The position numbers and the translations under genes are program-made. Below the pieces are notes generated by a model. The model made no database searches, was not told the DNA's origin, and saw only the letters and a list, made by a program, of their open reading frames with translations. A stretch of DNA of 64,000 bases from Candidatus Hydrogenedentota bacterium (GTDB lineage: Bacteria; Hydrogenedentota; Hydrogenedentia; Hydrogenedentales; SLHB01). Shown one piece after another: positions 54,738-64,000 of this stretch (the first letter of the stretch is position 1; every line of letters starts with the position of its first letter). The stretch covers positions 1 to 64,000 of the forward strand of contig BTVY01000034.1 of the NCBI GenBank assembly GCA_045863335.1, given 5' to 3'.

Positions 54738-55766
54738 CTACTCGACGTCCCCGCTTACGTGCCCGACGGCAATCTGCGGCACCGGCGCGTGTACATGGCA
54801 CGCGGCCGTGTGGCACCCGCCGACGTTAGTGAGCACCTGTTCCTTTTGGCTGCATGCGGGCAACGCATCCGGGCAACGCGGATGGAAGTGGCATCCCGAC
54901 GGCGGCCGCAAGGGGCTCGGCACGTCGCCTTTCAACACGATGCGCTCGTCTTTGGCGTCCGGGTCCGGAACCGGCACGGCCGATAGCAGCGCACGCGTAT
55001 ACGGATGCACCGTCCGCTCGAAGATGTCTTCCGTGGTGCCGTACTCCACGATGCGGCCGAGATACATCACCGCCACGTAATCGGAAATGTGCCGGATGAC
55101 GCTGAGGTCGTGGCCGATAAACAGGTAGGTCAGGTTGAGTTTGTTCTGCAAGTCTTCCATGAGATTCAGGATCTGCGCCTGAATCGACACGTCCAGGGCC
55201 GACACGGGTTCGTCCGCCACGATCAGATCGGGCTCCACCGCCAGCGCGCGCGCCACGCCCAGCCGTTGCCGTTGTCCGCCGCTGAACTCGTGAGGATACC
55301 GGTCCGCCGCTTCCGGCGGCAGCCCGACGAGTTCGAGCAACTCGATGACGCGGTCCCGGCGCTTGGCTTTGGGCGCCAGCCGGTGCACGCGTAGAATCTC
55401 GCTCAACATGGAATAGACCGTCATCCGCGGGTTCAATGATCCGTAGGGGTCCTGAAAGATGATCTGCATGCGCTTGCGCATCTCGCGCAGCTCGCGCCGC
55501 CGTAACGTGGTTACATCAACACCGTCAAACCGCACGACACCCGATGTCGGCTCGATTAACCGCAGAATCGCACGGCCGCAGGTCGTCTTGCCGCTTCCGC
55601 TTTCGCCGACCAGGCTCAAGGTCTTCCCGCGCGGAATCGCGAAACTCACGCCATCGACTGCGCGCACTGCGCCGACAGTCCGAGAAAACACGCCCTTGCG
55701 GACGGGGAAATGTTTTACGAGATCCTCGACTACCAGCAGTTCACCGTTGTGCGCGACGCCGCTCAT
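54738..55766 (-). CDS. oppF: Oligopeptide/dipeptide ABC ATPase
   Basis: [32 protein letters not shown]. Confidence 0.93.
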   Translation of the reverse strand: MSGVAHNGELLVVEDLVKHFPVRKGVFSRTVGAVRAVDGVSFAIPRGKTLSLVGESGSGKTTCGRAILRLIEPTSGVVRFDGVDVTTLRRRELREMRKRMQIIFQDPYGSLNPRMTVYSMLSEILRVHRLAPKAKRRDRVIELLELVGLPPEAADRYPHEFSGGQRQRLGVARALAVEPDLIVADEPVSALDVSIQAQILNLMEDLQNKLNLTYLFIGHDLSVIRHISDYVAVMYLGRIVEYGTTEDIFERTVHPYTRALLSAVPVPDPDAKDERIVLKGDVPSPLRPPSGCHFHPRCPDALPACSQKEQVLTNVGGCHTAACHVHAPVPQIAVGHVSGDVE

Positions 55767-56803
55767 GCCGGATAGCCCACCTTGCCGGGAACGCCCACGG
55801 GCCGGTCCTGCTCGCCCATGACCCCGGTGTCATGCAGCCAGCAAGCCGTCGGATGCCCTGCGGTCATCGGCTCCAGCGGAGGCTCCCTGTGCGGGCACAC
55901 GTCCATCACGTAGGGACAGCGCGGATGAAAACGACACCCCGAAGGAAAGTTGGTCGCGGCGGGCACGTTGCCTTTGATCGTGCGCAACCGCTCGCCGCCT
56001 TGATGGGTCCCCGGCAGCGATTCGAAAAGCCCAACGGTGTACGGATGCTTCGGCGCGTTGAACAGTTCGCGCACTGGCGCATGCTCCACGATTCTTCCCG
56101 CGTACATGATCGCCACTTCTTCCGCGGTCTCCGCCACGATGCCGAGATCGTGCGTAATCAGCAGCATGGCCATGCCGGTCTCCGCCTGAAGCTGTTGCAG
56201 GAGGTCCAGGATCTGCGCCTGGATCGTCACGTCCAACGCCGTCGTCGGCTCGTCGGCGATCAGCAAACGCGGTCCGCAGGCGAGCGCCATGGCGATCATG
56301 ACGCGCTGCCGCATTCCGCCCGACATCTGGTGCGGATAGTCGTCGACGCGATCCTCGGGCGACGGAATGCCCACCTTGGCGAGCAGCTCGATCGTCTGGT
56401 TCCGCGCTTCCTTCTTGGAAACCCTCTTGTGCACGCGAATCGCGGCGCCGATTTGACTCCCCACGCGAAACACGGGATTCAGCGAAGTCATCGGCTCCTG
56501 AAAGATCATGGAAATCTCATTGCCGCGAAGCCCCCGCATCTGCTTCTCGGTGAGCTTCAGGAGGTCCTTTCCATCGAGCAGAATCTCGCCGTCCACGTAG
56601 CGCCCCGGCGGCTGCGGGATCAGCCGCATGATCGACAGGGCCGTCACGCTTTTTCCGCAGCCGCTCTCGCCAACCAGGGCGATGGTTTTGCCGGCCGGAA
56701 TATCCAGCGACACGCCATCCACCGCGTGCGCCTCGCCGTAGTCCGTGCGAAACCACGTCTTGAGATTGCGAATCTGCAGGGCCGGCTGAGTAACATCATT
56801 CAT
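55763..56803 (-). CDS. oppD: Oligopeptide/dipeptide ABC ATPase
   Basis: [24 protein letters not shown]. Confidence 0.93.
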   Translation of the reverse strand: MNDVTQPALQIRNLKTWFRTDYGEAHAVDGVSLDIPAGKTIALVGESGCGKSVTALSIMRLIPQPPGRYVDGEILLDGKDLLKLTEKQMRGLRGNEISMIFQEPMTSLNPVFRVGSQIGAAIRVHKRVSKKEARNQTIELLAKVGIPSPEDRVDDYPHQMSGGMRQRVMIAMALACGPRLLIADEPTTALDVTIQAQILDLLQQLQAETGMAMLLITHDLGIVAETAEEVAIMYAGRIVEHAPVRELFNAPKHPYTVGLFESLPGTHQGGERLRTIKGNVPAATNFPSGCRFHPRCPYVMDVCPHREPPLEPMTAGHPTACWLHDTGVMGEQDRPVGVPGKVGYPA

Positions 56804-56805
56804 GA

Positions 56806-57849
56806 TTACATCCTCAGCCGCGGGTCCATCGCGTCCCGCAGACCTTCACCGACGAGGTTGAAGGCCGTCACCGTCACGAAGATCGCGACCCCTGGAAACG
56901 TCACCAGCCACCATGCGCCGCGGTGCAGATAGCTCTGCGATTGCGCCAGCAGCTCGCCCCAGCTCGCGGTAGGCGGCGGCACACCGAATCCGAGGAAACT
57001 CAGCGCGCTTTCCGTCAGGATGGCCGATGCCACGCCGAAGGTCGCCGCGACCAGCACGGGCGAAAGCGCGTTCGGCAGGATATGGCGGAAGATGATGCGG
57101 AAGTCCCTCAGCCCCGAAGCCCGCGCCGCCATGGCGAACTCGCTGTCCCGCAGTTTCAGGAATTCGCCGCGCACGAGCCGCGCCGCGCCGGTCCAACTGA
57201 ACAGGCCGAGTACGATCATCACGTTGTAAATGCTGGGCGGCAGGAAGGCCATCACCGCGAGGATGAGAAAGAAAACCGGGAAGCACAACACGATCTCGAT
57301 GATGCGCAAGATAATGGCGTCGATGACGCCTCCGTAGTATCCCGCCAACGATCCCAGGATCACGCCAATAAGAATCGCAATCCCCGTGGCTACGAATCCC
57401 ACCGACATGGAAATGCGTGTGCCCCAGATCACCCGGCTCAGCACGTCGCGGCCGCGGTCGTCGGTGCCGAGCCAATGGTCTTTGTCCGGCGCGCCCACGC
57501 GGTTGCGCAAGTCGGACCGCTCGGGAGCATACGGAATAAGGGGCCGTATCGCCCGCTCGCCCTCGCCCGGCTCCCAGCGGCTCCAATCCACCGACACCAG
57601 CGCCTTGTAATTGAGCACGTTCGGCAAAAGATAGCTCTCGCCCTGGTACACCACGTAGATCGGCACTTCGCCCGCGAGGAAAGGCGCCGCCAAAGCAACA
57701 ACGCCCAGGAATACGAGAAGCACCAGCGAAACGACGGCCTGCTTTCGCTTGCGGAATTGGCGCGCCACGAGCCGCCAATAGCCTTCCTTGCGGCGCTTCT
57801 TCGGCAGTGCCACGGGGTCCTGATTCTGGAGTTCCATGGCCGCGCTCAT
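56806..57849 (-). CDS. oppC: Opp/Dpp ABC permease C
   Basis: [25 protein letters not shown]. Confidence 0.93.
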   Translation of the reverse strand: MSAAMELQNQDPVALPKKRRKEGYWRLVARQFRKRKQAVVSLVLLVFLGVVALAAPFLAGEVPIYVVYQGESYLLPNVLNYKALVSVDWSRWEPGEGERAIRPLIPYAPERSDLRNRVGAPDKDHWLGTDDRGRDVLSRVIWGTRISMSVGFVATGIAILIGVILGSLAGYYGGVIDAIILRIIEIVLCFPVFFLILAVMAFLPPSIYNVMIVLGLFSWTGAARLVRGEFLKLRDSEFAMAARASGLRDFRIIFRHILPNALSPVLVAATFGVASAILTESALSFLGFGVPPPTASWGELLAQSQSYLHRGAWWLVTFPGVAIFVTVTAFNLVGEGLRDAMDPRLRM

Positions 57850-58841
57850 TCGAAACGAATCCTCGGATCGGTCAACGCGTACAGGATGTCGGAAACGATC
57901 AACCCCACCAGCGTGAGCAGCGCGGAAATCGCGAGGATGCCCATGACGAGCGGGTAGTCGCGCGACAGGATGGCTTCAAACCCGAGGCGCCCCATGCCGG
58001 GAATCGAAAAAATCTGCTCGATGATCACGCTGCCGCCCAGCAGCGCGGGTAGCAAGGTGCCGAGCAATGTGATGATCGGGATAAGCGAGTTGCGGAAGGC
58101 GTACTTGAAAATCACGACCTTGTTCGAAAACCCATAGGCCCGCGCCGTGCGGATGTAGTCTTGCCGGATCACATCGATCATGCCCGACCTTGCGTACCGC
58201 GAAATGTAGGCGAACCCGGTATACGTCAAGCAAAACGTCGGCAGCGCCAAATGCCACATCCGGTCTTTGACCCACGGCCACCACGCCATCTGATCGGCGC
58301 CCAACGAATTGATCCCGTAGATGGGGAACCAATCGAGGAATTGTCCACCGCCGAGAAAGTAGATCAGCAGCATCGCCACCCAGAAACTCGGCAGGCTGTA
58401 CAGGAGGAACAAAACGAACGTCGTGAACGAATCCGCCCACGTCGCTTGCTTCACCGCGCTGAACACGCCCAGGGGAACCGATAGCAGATAGATGATGAGG
58501 ATGGAAAGGATGTTGATTTGCAGCGTGATCGGCAAGGCTTCGCCGATCTTCTCGAGCACGGGCCGCCGGTCTTTGTAGGACGTCCCAAAGTCAAAGGTCA
58601 CGAGCCGCTTCAGCCACAACGCGTACTGCACGGGAATGGGCTTGTCGAGACCGTACAGTTCCTTGGTGCGCTGGATAACCTCCTCCGGCACGCTGTCCGA
58701 GCCCATGGCGCCCTGGATCTTCATGAGCCGCAAGCTCACCGGATTGCCCGGCGCAAGCTGAATCACCGCGAAACTCAACGCGCTGATCCCGAGAAACGTG
58801 GGAATGAGAAGGAGGAAACGTCGAATGAGATACGCCTTCAT
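57846..58841 (-). CDS. oppB: Opp/Dpp ABC permease B
   Basis: YGLDKP, DYIRTARA, GSVIIEQIF, RDYP, DPRI. Confidence 0.93.
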   Translation of the reverse strand: MKAYLIRRFLLLIPTFLGISALSFAVIQLAPGNPVSLRLMKIQGAMGSDSVPEEVIQRTKELYGLDKPIPVQYALWLKRLVTFDFGTSYKDRRPVLEKIGEALPITLQINILSILIIYLLSVPLGVFSAVKQATWADSFTTFVLFLLYSLPSFWVAMLLIYFLGGGQFLDWFPIYGINSLGADQMAWWPWVKDRMWHLALPTFCLTYTGFAYISRYARSGMIDVIRQDYIRTARAYGFSNKVVIFKYAFRNSLIPIITLLGTLLPALLGGSVIIEQIFSIPGMGRLGFEAILSRDYPLVMGILAISALLTLVGLIVSDILYALTDPRIRFE

Positions 58842-59019
58842 CGACGGGCACTCCCAGGCACGTGGCCCCGGCGAAGATCTATCCTGTTGTCGTTCCCGTC
58901 CGAGCGACGATCCATCCCACCATCATCCTCGCGAAAGCAGGATTCCATCCTTGGCTTGCCAAAACCTGCCACGTTAGACCGTAACATCCAAATCTCTTCA
59001 ACTACACTATGCATCGAAA

Positions 59020-60717
59020 CTACGGATAACGTTGATCTGCCAACGGCACCCACCACTCTGAAACATCAAGCCCCAGACGGTACACATGGACCCCGTGGAA
59101 CCGTTTGTCCACAGCCGCCAGGGCCTTCAAACTCCACAAGAAGATGTAAGGCTGATCTTCATGAAGAATCTCATGGACCCGATGAAACATGGGGATGCGT
59201 TTGTCGCGATCGAACTCGAGCCGAATATCCTCCAGCAGTTTGTCGATCTCCGGGTTCTTGTAACCGGGGTAGTTGGACCCTTTCTCCGCCTGCGTCGAAT
59301 GCCAGATCTGGTAGGGGTCGCTATTCGGCGGAATCGCCCAGGACAACGTCACCGCGTCAAACTCGCGCTTCGTCAAGTTCTCAATGAACGTCGCCCATTC
59401 GATGAATCGAATGTTCATTTCGATTCCCGCGCGCTTCAATTCTTCCTGATACACGGTGGCCATGGTGGACATCTCGGTGCTGCCCGGCGGGAGCATGAAC
59501 TCGAAAGCCAGCTTCTCGCCGTCCTTGTCACGCACGCCGTCCGCGTTGGAATCCACCCATCCCGCTTCGTCGAGCAGGGCCTTCGCGCGTTCCGGATCGA
59601 AGGGCCACGGTTCGATGGTTTCATCATACTCCGGACTGTTCAAATCCGCCGGCCCAGTCACCACTTTCCCCAAACCGAAAAGTACCGTTTCGAGGATCTC
59701 CTGGCGATCCAACAACATCGTCAGGGCCTGCCGCACGCGCTTGTCCGCGAATTTGGGCTTGCGCAGGTTCCAGCCAATGTATCCGTAGCTCGCGGCGTAC
59801 CCGGTGCGGCCCCAGTAGGTGTGCTTGTTGAACTTGGCCTCGAACTGCGGCGCCGACGCCTGGTTCTCCCATTGTTCCGGGGTAAGCCCCATCACGTCGA
59901 TTTCCTGCCGCTGCATCACCTGAAACGCGGCGTTGTCGTCCGTGATGAACTTGTACACCAGCTTGTCTGGATGCGCCGCCCGGCTGGGATCCCAGAAGTT
60001 CGGATTGCGCGCCAGCACGATCTGCTGGTTCGTGTCCCACCTTTCAAACACGTATGGTCCTGACCCCACCGGATGCCGGTTGAAGGAGCCGGTGTTGAAA
60101 TCGCCCTCGCCATAGACATGGGCCGGGTAGACGGGCATGCCGGACAGCATCACGGCGTGACGATAGTACGGCTTGTCGCACGTAAACTTAATCGTGTAAT
60201 CATCAATCAGCTCGACGCTCGTCACGTCCTGGTAATAGTTCCGGATATCTGCCGTCTCGTTCTGCGTGTTCTGGATCGCATCGAACGTAAACTTCACGTC
60301 CTTGGCCGTCACCGGCGTACCATCCGAAAACTTCGCGTCCTTCCGCATGTAGAAGGTGTATGTGAGATGGTCCTCGGACACCTCGTACCGCTCGGCGAGC
60401 ATGGGCTCCAGTTCGAAGGTGTCCTTGTTCATGTCCAGGAGCGAATCAAATATGTCCTCGGTGATTCGGAACGTATAGGCGTCGGACGTATCAAGCATCG
60501 GGTTCAGGATCTGCGGTTCTACCGCAAACCGGTTGATCACCCAGTCGCCGTTGACGGGTTCGCCATCGTTGACACCTGCGGCCTGGCCGTCTTGCGCGGC
60601 ATCTGCCGGTGGCGTGTCGACGGCGGGTTCGCTGGGCCCACCGCAACCACTAACGAGCAAGACGATCGACAGCAGGCAGAGAGAGAACGGATAGAGGACG
60701 GTCCGTCGTACGATCAT
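59020..60717 (-). CDS. oppA: Family 5 ABC substrate-binding lipoprotein
   Basis: Lipobox LVSGC, FSDGTPVTAKDVKFT, PVGSGPY, DKRVRQAL. Confidence 0.92.
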   Translation of the reverse strand: MIVRRTVLYPFSLCLLSIVLLVSGCGGPSEPAVDTPPADAAQDGQAAGVNDGEPVNGDWVINRFAVEPQILNPMLDTSDAYTFRITEDIFDSLLDMNKDTFELEPMLAERYEVSEDHLTYTFYMRKDAKFSDGTPVTAKDVKFTFDAIQNTQNETADIRNYYQDVTSVELIDDYTIKFTCDKPYYRHAVMLSGMPVYPAHVYGEGDFNTGSFNRHPVGSGPYVFERWDTNQQIVLARNPNFWDPSRAAHPDKLVYKFITDDNAAFQVMQRQEIDVMGLTPEQWENQASAPQFEAKFNKHTYWGRTGYAASYGYIGWNLRKPKFADKRVRQALTMLLDRQEILETVLFGLGKVVTGPADLNSPEYDETIEPWPFDPERAKALLDEAGWVDSNADGVRDKDGEKLAFEFMLPPGSTEMSTMATVYQEELKRAGIEMNIRFIEWATFIENLTKREFDAVTLSWAIPPNSDPYQIWHSTQAEKGSNYPGYKNPEIDKLLEDIRLEFDRDKRIPMFHRVHEILHEDQPYIFLWSLKALAAVDKRFHGVHVYRLGLDVSEWWVPLADQRYP

Positions 60718-61067
60718 TGTGTACTCCGTCGTTTGAACAAAACCAGATACGCAGGAGCGCGAAGCGCGCCAGATTGAATCAACATACTACCATAAAGCCT
60801 GCGGAGTGCGAAAAACGCCGACGCGATGGTGTATTCCACAGCCGGGCTCGTCGGTGTCAGCGGTAAGCTATCGCGCGGATCCGGCCGATCCGGCCGATCG
60901 GTCCAATCTACTAAGACGCAATTGGCGGACCCACGAACTAACCCCCATGCCTCGCGGCAGCCTTGCGCGAGGACGCCCAGCCGCTACCGGGCAGACCGCC
61001 GGTTGACAGCTTCCCGGTTCCAGAGCAAAATGATTCATAACCCGTCATCACGAGGAGGTTCATCGCC

Positions 61068-62603
61068 ATGCCGCTACGACCCACGCGCCGGAGTTTCCTG
61101 GCATCCACCGCCGCGGCCACGCTTGCCGCTTCCGCTTCCTCCGCCCCGGCACGGCCTAATTACAAGCCAAACCTCCTTTTCATCTGGACCGACGAGCAAC
61201 GCGCGGACACCATCGATATCTACGGCAACGCCCGCATCCAAACGCCGAATCTCTCCAAACTTGCCGCCGAAAGCATCGTATTCGAGAACGCCTACGTGAG
61301 CCAGCCCGTGTGTACGCCCTCGCGCTCGACGGTGTTAACCGGCCTTTGGCCGCACCAGAACGGTTGCCGCCAGAACAACATCGCCTTGTCCTACGACGTC
61401 CCTGCGTTCCCCAAACTCGTCGACGACCCGGACTACCGGAGCGGCTATTTCGGCAAATGGCATCTTGGCGACGAGATCTTCCCGCAACATGGGTTCGAGG
61501 AATGGCGCGGCATCGAGGACGGCTACTGGCGCTACTACCGCGAAGACCGGGATATCTCGAAAAACAGCGACTATGCCGCATGGCTGGTGAGCCAGGGTCA
61601 CACCCCCACGGAAGATCGCGGCGGCTTTTCGCGCAATTATGCGGCGTCGCTGCCCATCGAGCAGTGCAAGCCCAAGTTCCTGGAGCTGGAGGCCTGCGAC
61701 TTCCTGCGCCGGCATCGCGATGAGCCCTTCATCCTGCACGTGAACTTCCTCGAACCCCATATGCCGTTCACGGGTCCCCTGAATGAACTGCATGGATTGG
61801 ACGACGTCACCCTGCCCGCGAACCATGACGATCCCCTGGAAGAAAACGAACCGCTGTCGTACCGAATGCGGTCGGAAAAGTACAAGGGGATATACACGGG
61901 CAATCTGGACCTCGCCACCGAAGCCGGGTGGCGGCGTCTCATTGCGAACTACTGGGGACTCGTCAGCCAGGTGGACCGCAGCGTCGGCGCGATCCTGGCC
62001 ACCCTCGAAGAACTTGGGCTCGCTGAGGACACCATCGTCGTCTACACCTCCGACCACGGCGACATGATGGGGTCTCACAAGCTGGTGGAAAAGGGCTACA
62101 TGTACGAAGAGGCCATGCGCGTGCCGTGGCTTATCCGCTACCCGCTGTTCCAGCGCCGGCACGAGTTGATGAAGGGCCGGTTCAGCCACATCGATCTCGT
62201 GCCAACCCTGCTCGACCTCATGGGCGCCGTCGTGCCCGACACCTTGCCCGGCAAGAGCCTTGTCCCGCGCATGAAAGGCGCGCGGATCGCCGACCAGCCC
62301 GTGTTTGTGGAATGGAATGCCCCGGAGGCCATGGGGGAAGGCCGCAACCCCGCCGGCGCCACACGCGACGCCACGCAAACCGCCGGTCCCCACTCGCGCA
62401 CCATCATTTCCCCCGACGGCTGGAAGCTGACGCTGAACGTGGGCGATTCGAGCCAGCTCTTCTACCTCCGCGAAGATCCCGGCGACACGACGAACCTCAT
62501 CGATCGCGACGAGCACCGCCCCGTTATCCAACGCCTCACCGCCGAACTCCGCGCCTGGCAACAACGCACCGGCGACACGCTGGAGTTACCGGACCTGGTC
62601 TAA
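61068..62603 (+). CDS. Formylglycine-dependent sulfatase with Tat signal
   Basis: TRRSFL twin-arginine motif, CTPSR, GKWHLG, TSDHG. Confidence 0.95.
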   Translation: MPLRPTRRSFLASTAAATLAASASSAPARPNYKPNLLFIWTDEQRADTIDIYGNARIQTPNLSKLAAESIVFENAYVSQPVCTPSRSTVLTGLWPHQNGCRQNNIALSYDVPAFPKLVDDPDYRSGYFGKWHLGDEIFPQHGFEEWRGIEDGYWRYYREDRDISKNSDYAAWLVSQGHTPTEDRGGFSRNYAASLPIEQCKPKFLELEACDFLRRHRDEPFILHVNFLEPHMPFTGPLNELHGLDDVTLPANHDDPLEENEPLSYRMRSEKYKGIYTGNLDLATEAGWRRLIANYWGLVSQVDRSVGAILATLEELGLAEDTIVVYTSDHGDMMGSHKLVEKGYMYEEAMRVPWLIRYPLFQRRHELMKGRFSHIDLVPTLLDLMGAVVPDTLPGKSLVPRMKGARIADQPVFVEWNAPEAMGEGRNPAGATRDATQTAGPHSRTIISPDGWKLTLNVGDSSQLFYLREDPGDTTNLIDRDEHRPVIQRLTAELRAWQQRTGDTLELPDLV

Positions 62604-62662
62604 GCATGCGCTACGACACAAGGTGAAGCGCTGGATCATACGATCGCGCACGGATCGATCTT

Positions 62663-62953
62663 AAGAACATCCCCCTTGGTCCCCCTTCAAAGGGGGAATC
62701 GGCCCAAGTTCATTTGTGGGTAGTCACGAAGTTCACTGCCAGGGATAACGCTGAACTGATGGTGAATGCCGTAACGCTTCATGGTGCGTTCGGGACATGA
62801 AGAGGGCCTGAGTCTAGGGCGTATCGTGCAGAACGACCGGTAAACAATGCTGTGCACAGTTCCCCCTTTGAAGGGGGCAAGGGGGATGTTCTTCAGATTT
62901 TGATCATTCGAATTTGTTTCGGATTTCGTGCTTCGGATTTCGAATTTGGGGCT
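62663..62953. repeat. Inverted CCCCCTTCAAAGGGGG pair (62663-62699, 62860-62893) followed by heptamer repeat copy 2 (62896-62953)
   Basis: Direct sequence match to 38637-38930 and 31569-31625. Confidence 0.9.
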
Positions 62954-62954
62954 A

Positions 62955-63653
62955 TCAGCTCTTCTTCTCGATCGCCTGGCCTTCGTGGATGTAGATCCAG
63001 CGGTCCGCGTGTTTCGCCATGGTGTCATCGTGCGTCACGATGACCAGCGTGACCCCTTCGGAGCGGTTCAGCTCCCACAAGAGATCAATAATGCCGTCGC
63101 CTGTGCGTTCGTCAAGGTTGCCGGTGGGTTCGTCGGCGAGCACCACCGAAGGCCGGTTGAACAGCGCGCGCCCGATGGCGACCCGCTGCTGCTCGCCCCC
63201 GCTGAGCATGCCCGGCTTGTGCGTCATGCGGTCGGCAAGGCCCACCTTCGTCAGCAGTTCCTCCGCCCGCTCCCCAAGTTCGCTCCGCTTCTTGCCCATG
63301 CTGAACGCCGGCATCATCACATTCTCCAACGCCGTGAATTCGGGCAAGAGATGGTAGAACTGAAAGACGAAGCCAATCTCTTCGTTGCGGATTCGGTTGA
63401 TCTCGTTCCGGCTCGTTTCCGCCAGCGACGTGCCGCGAAACAGCACCTTGCCCGACGTGGGCCGGTCCAGCGTGCCGATGATATGCAACAGCGTGCTTTT
63501 CCCAACACCGGAAGGCCCGCTGATGGCGAGGCTTTCCCCGTCGCGCACGTCCAGGTTCAACCGCTGGAGAATCCGCAATTCCCGGCTTCCGTCGTGGAAG
63601 GTTTTTTCGAGGTCCACGCACTCGATTACTTTGTTGTTGCCGCGTTTACTCAT
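62955..63653 (-). CDS. lolD: Lipoprotein-releasing ABC ATPase
   Basis: GPSGVGKS, GFVFQFYHLL, LSGGEQQR, DEPTGNLD; overlaps the upstream permease stop. Confidence 0.9.
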   Translation of the reverse strand: MSKRGNNKVIECVDLEKTFHDGSRELRILQRLNLDVRDGESLAISGPSGVGKSTLLHIIGTLDRPTSGKVLFRGTSLAETSRNEINRIRNEEIGFVFQFYHLLPEFTALENVMMPAFSMGKKRSELGERAEELLTKVGLADRMTHKPGMLSGGEQQRVAIGRALFNRPSVVLADEPTGNLDERTGDGIIDLLWELNRSEGVTLVIVTHDDTMAKHADRWIYIHEGQAIEKKS

Positions 63654-64000
63654 AGCGCAACGCATCCACCGGGTCGAGACGCGATGCGCTCCACGCCGGA
63701 TACAGGGTCGAAACAAAGGTGAGAATCACCGAGCATACGGTGATACCAATGATGTCGCGCGGCACGACGGAAACCGGAATGTGGTCGAAGTGGTAGATGA
63801 CTTTGTTAAACAAGTCGATGCCGAGAAACCACGCAATCACCTCCGCCACGGGATTCAGGTTGTACGCAAGCAGGGTCCCGCAAACGACGCCGATGAACGT
63901 GCCGCTCAGCCCGATGTACAGCCCCTCCAGCATGAATAACTGAATGATGGCGCGGCTGCTGACCCCCAGCGTGCGCAGGATGCCGATGTCGCGCTTCTTT
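63646..64000 (-). CDS. LolC/E lipoprotein-releasing permease, 3' end (partial)
   Basis: KKRDIGILRTLG...EG..IG...TLYPAWSASRLDPVDALRYE. Confidence 0.9.
   Translation of the reverse strand, partial: KKRDIGILRTLGVSSRAIIQLFMLEGLYIGLSGTFIGVVCGTLLAYNLNPVAEVIAWFLGIDLFNKVIYHFDHIPVSVVPRDIIGITVCSVILTFVSTLYPAWSASRLDPVDALRYE

Overview
GC-rich bacterial chromosomal window of mostly core genes. Gene content (HrcA/CIRCE, Lol/Tat/WaaL-type envelope genes, sulfatase, BNR and GH28 enzymes, many short intergenic repeats) suggests a diderm of the PVC/Hydrogenedentota type; this is inference only. The left part is a minus-strand run hrcA-grpE-dnaK-dnaJ-rpoB-rpoC-rpsL-rpsG-fusA-tuf(5' end), without rplKAJL before rpoB. 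Then come three GT4 glycosyltransferases, GH28, WecA, an O-antigen-ligase/TPR protein, pepQ-efp-accB-accC, hisI-trpE-trpG, HU/IHF-tatC-tatB, an SPFH + Zn-ribbon pair, a URO-D-like/HAD/mtnP/HIT/PLD/metH/[2Fe-2S] cluster, BNR and unclassified glycoside-hydrolase-like proteins, an opp ABC operon, a Tat sulfatase and lolD/lolC-E. The best novel candidate is a 16-codon leader ORF below the ORF-track cutoff (31776-31826, MPHSLSHHRWRHYTHS; 5 His + 1 Trp, GGAGG RBS). Its 3' end can pair with the hisI Shine-Dalgarno, suggesting His(/Trp)-sensing translational attenuation of a mixed his-trp operon. The intergenic spaces also hold many orphan REP-like and short tandem repeat families, several overlapping or abutting stop codons. 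No CRISPR array, tRNA, rRNA or transposase was seen.
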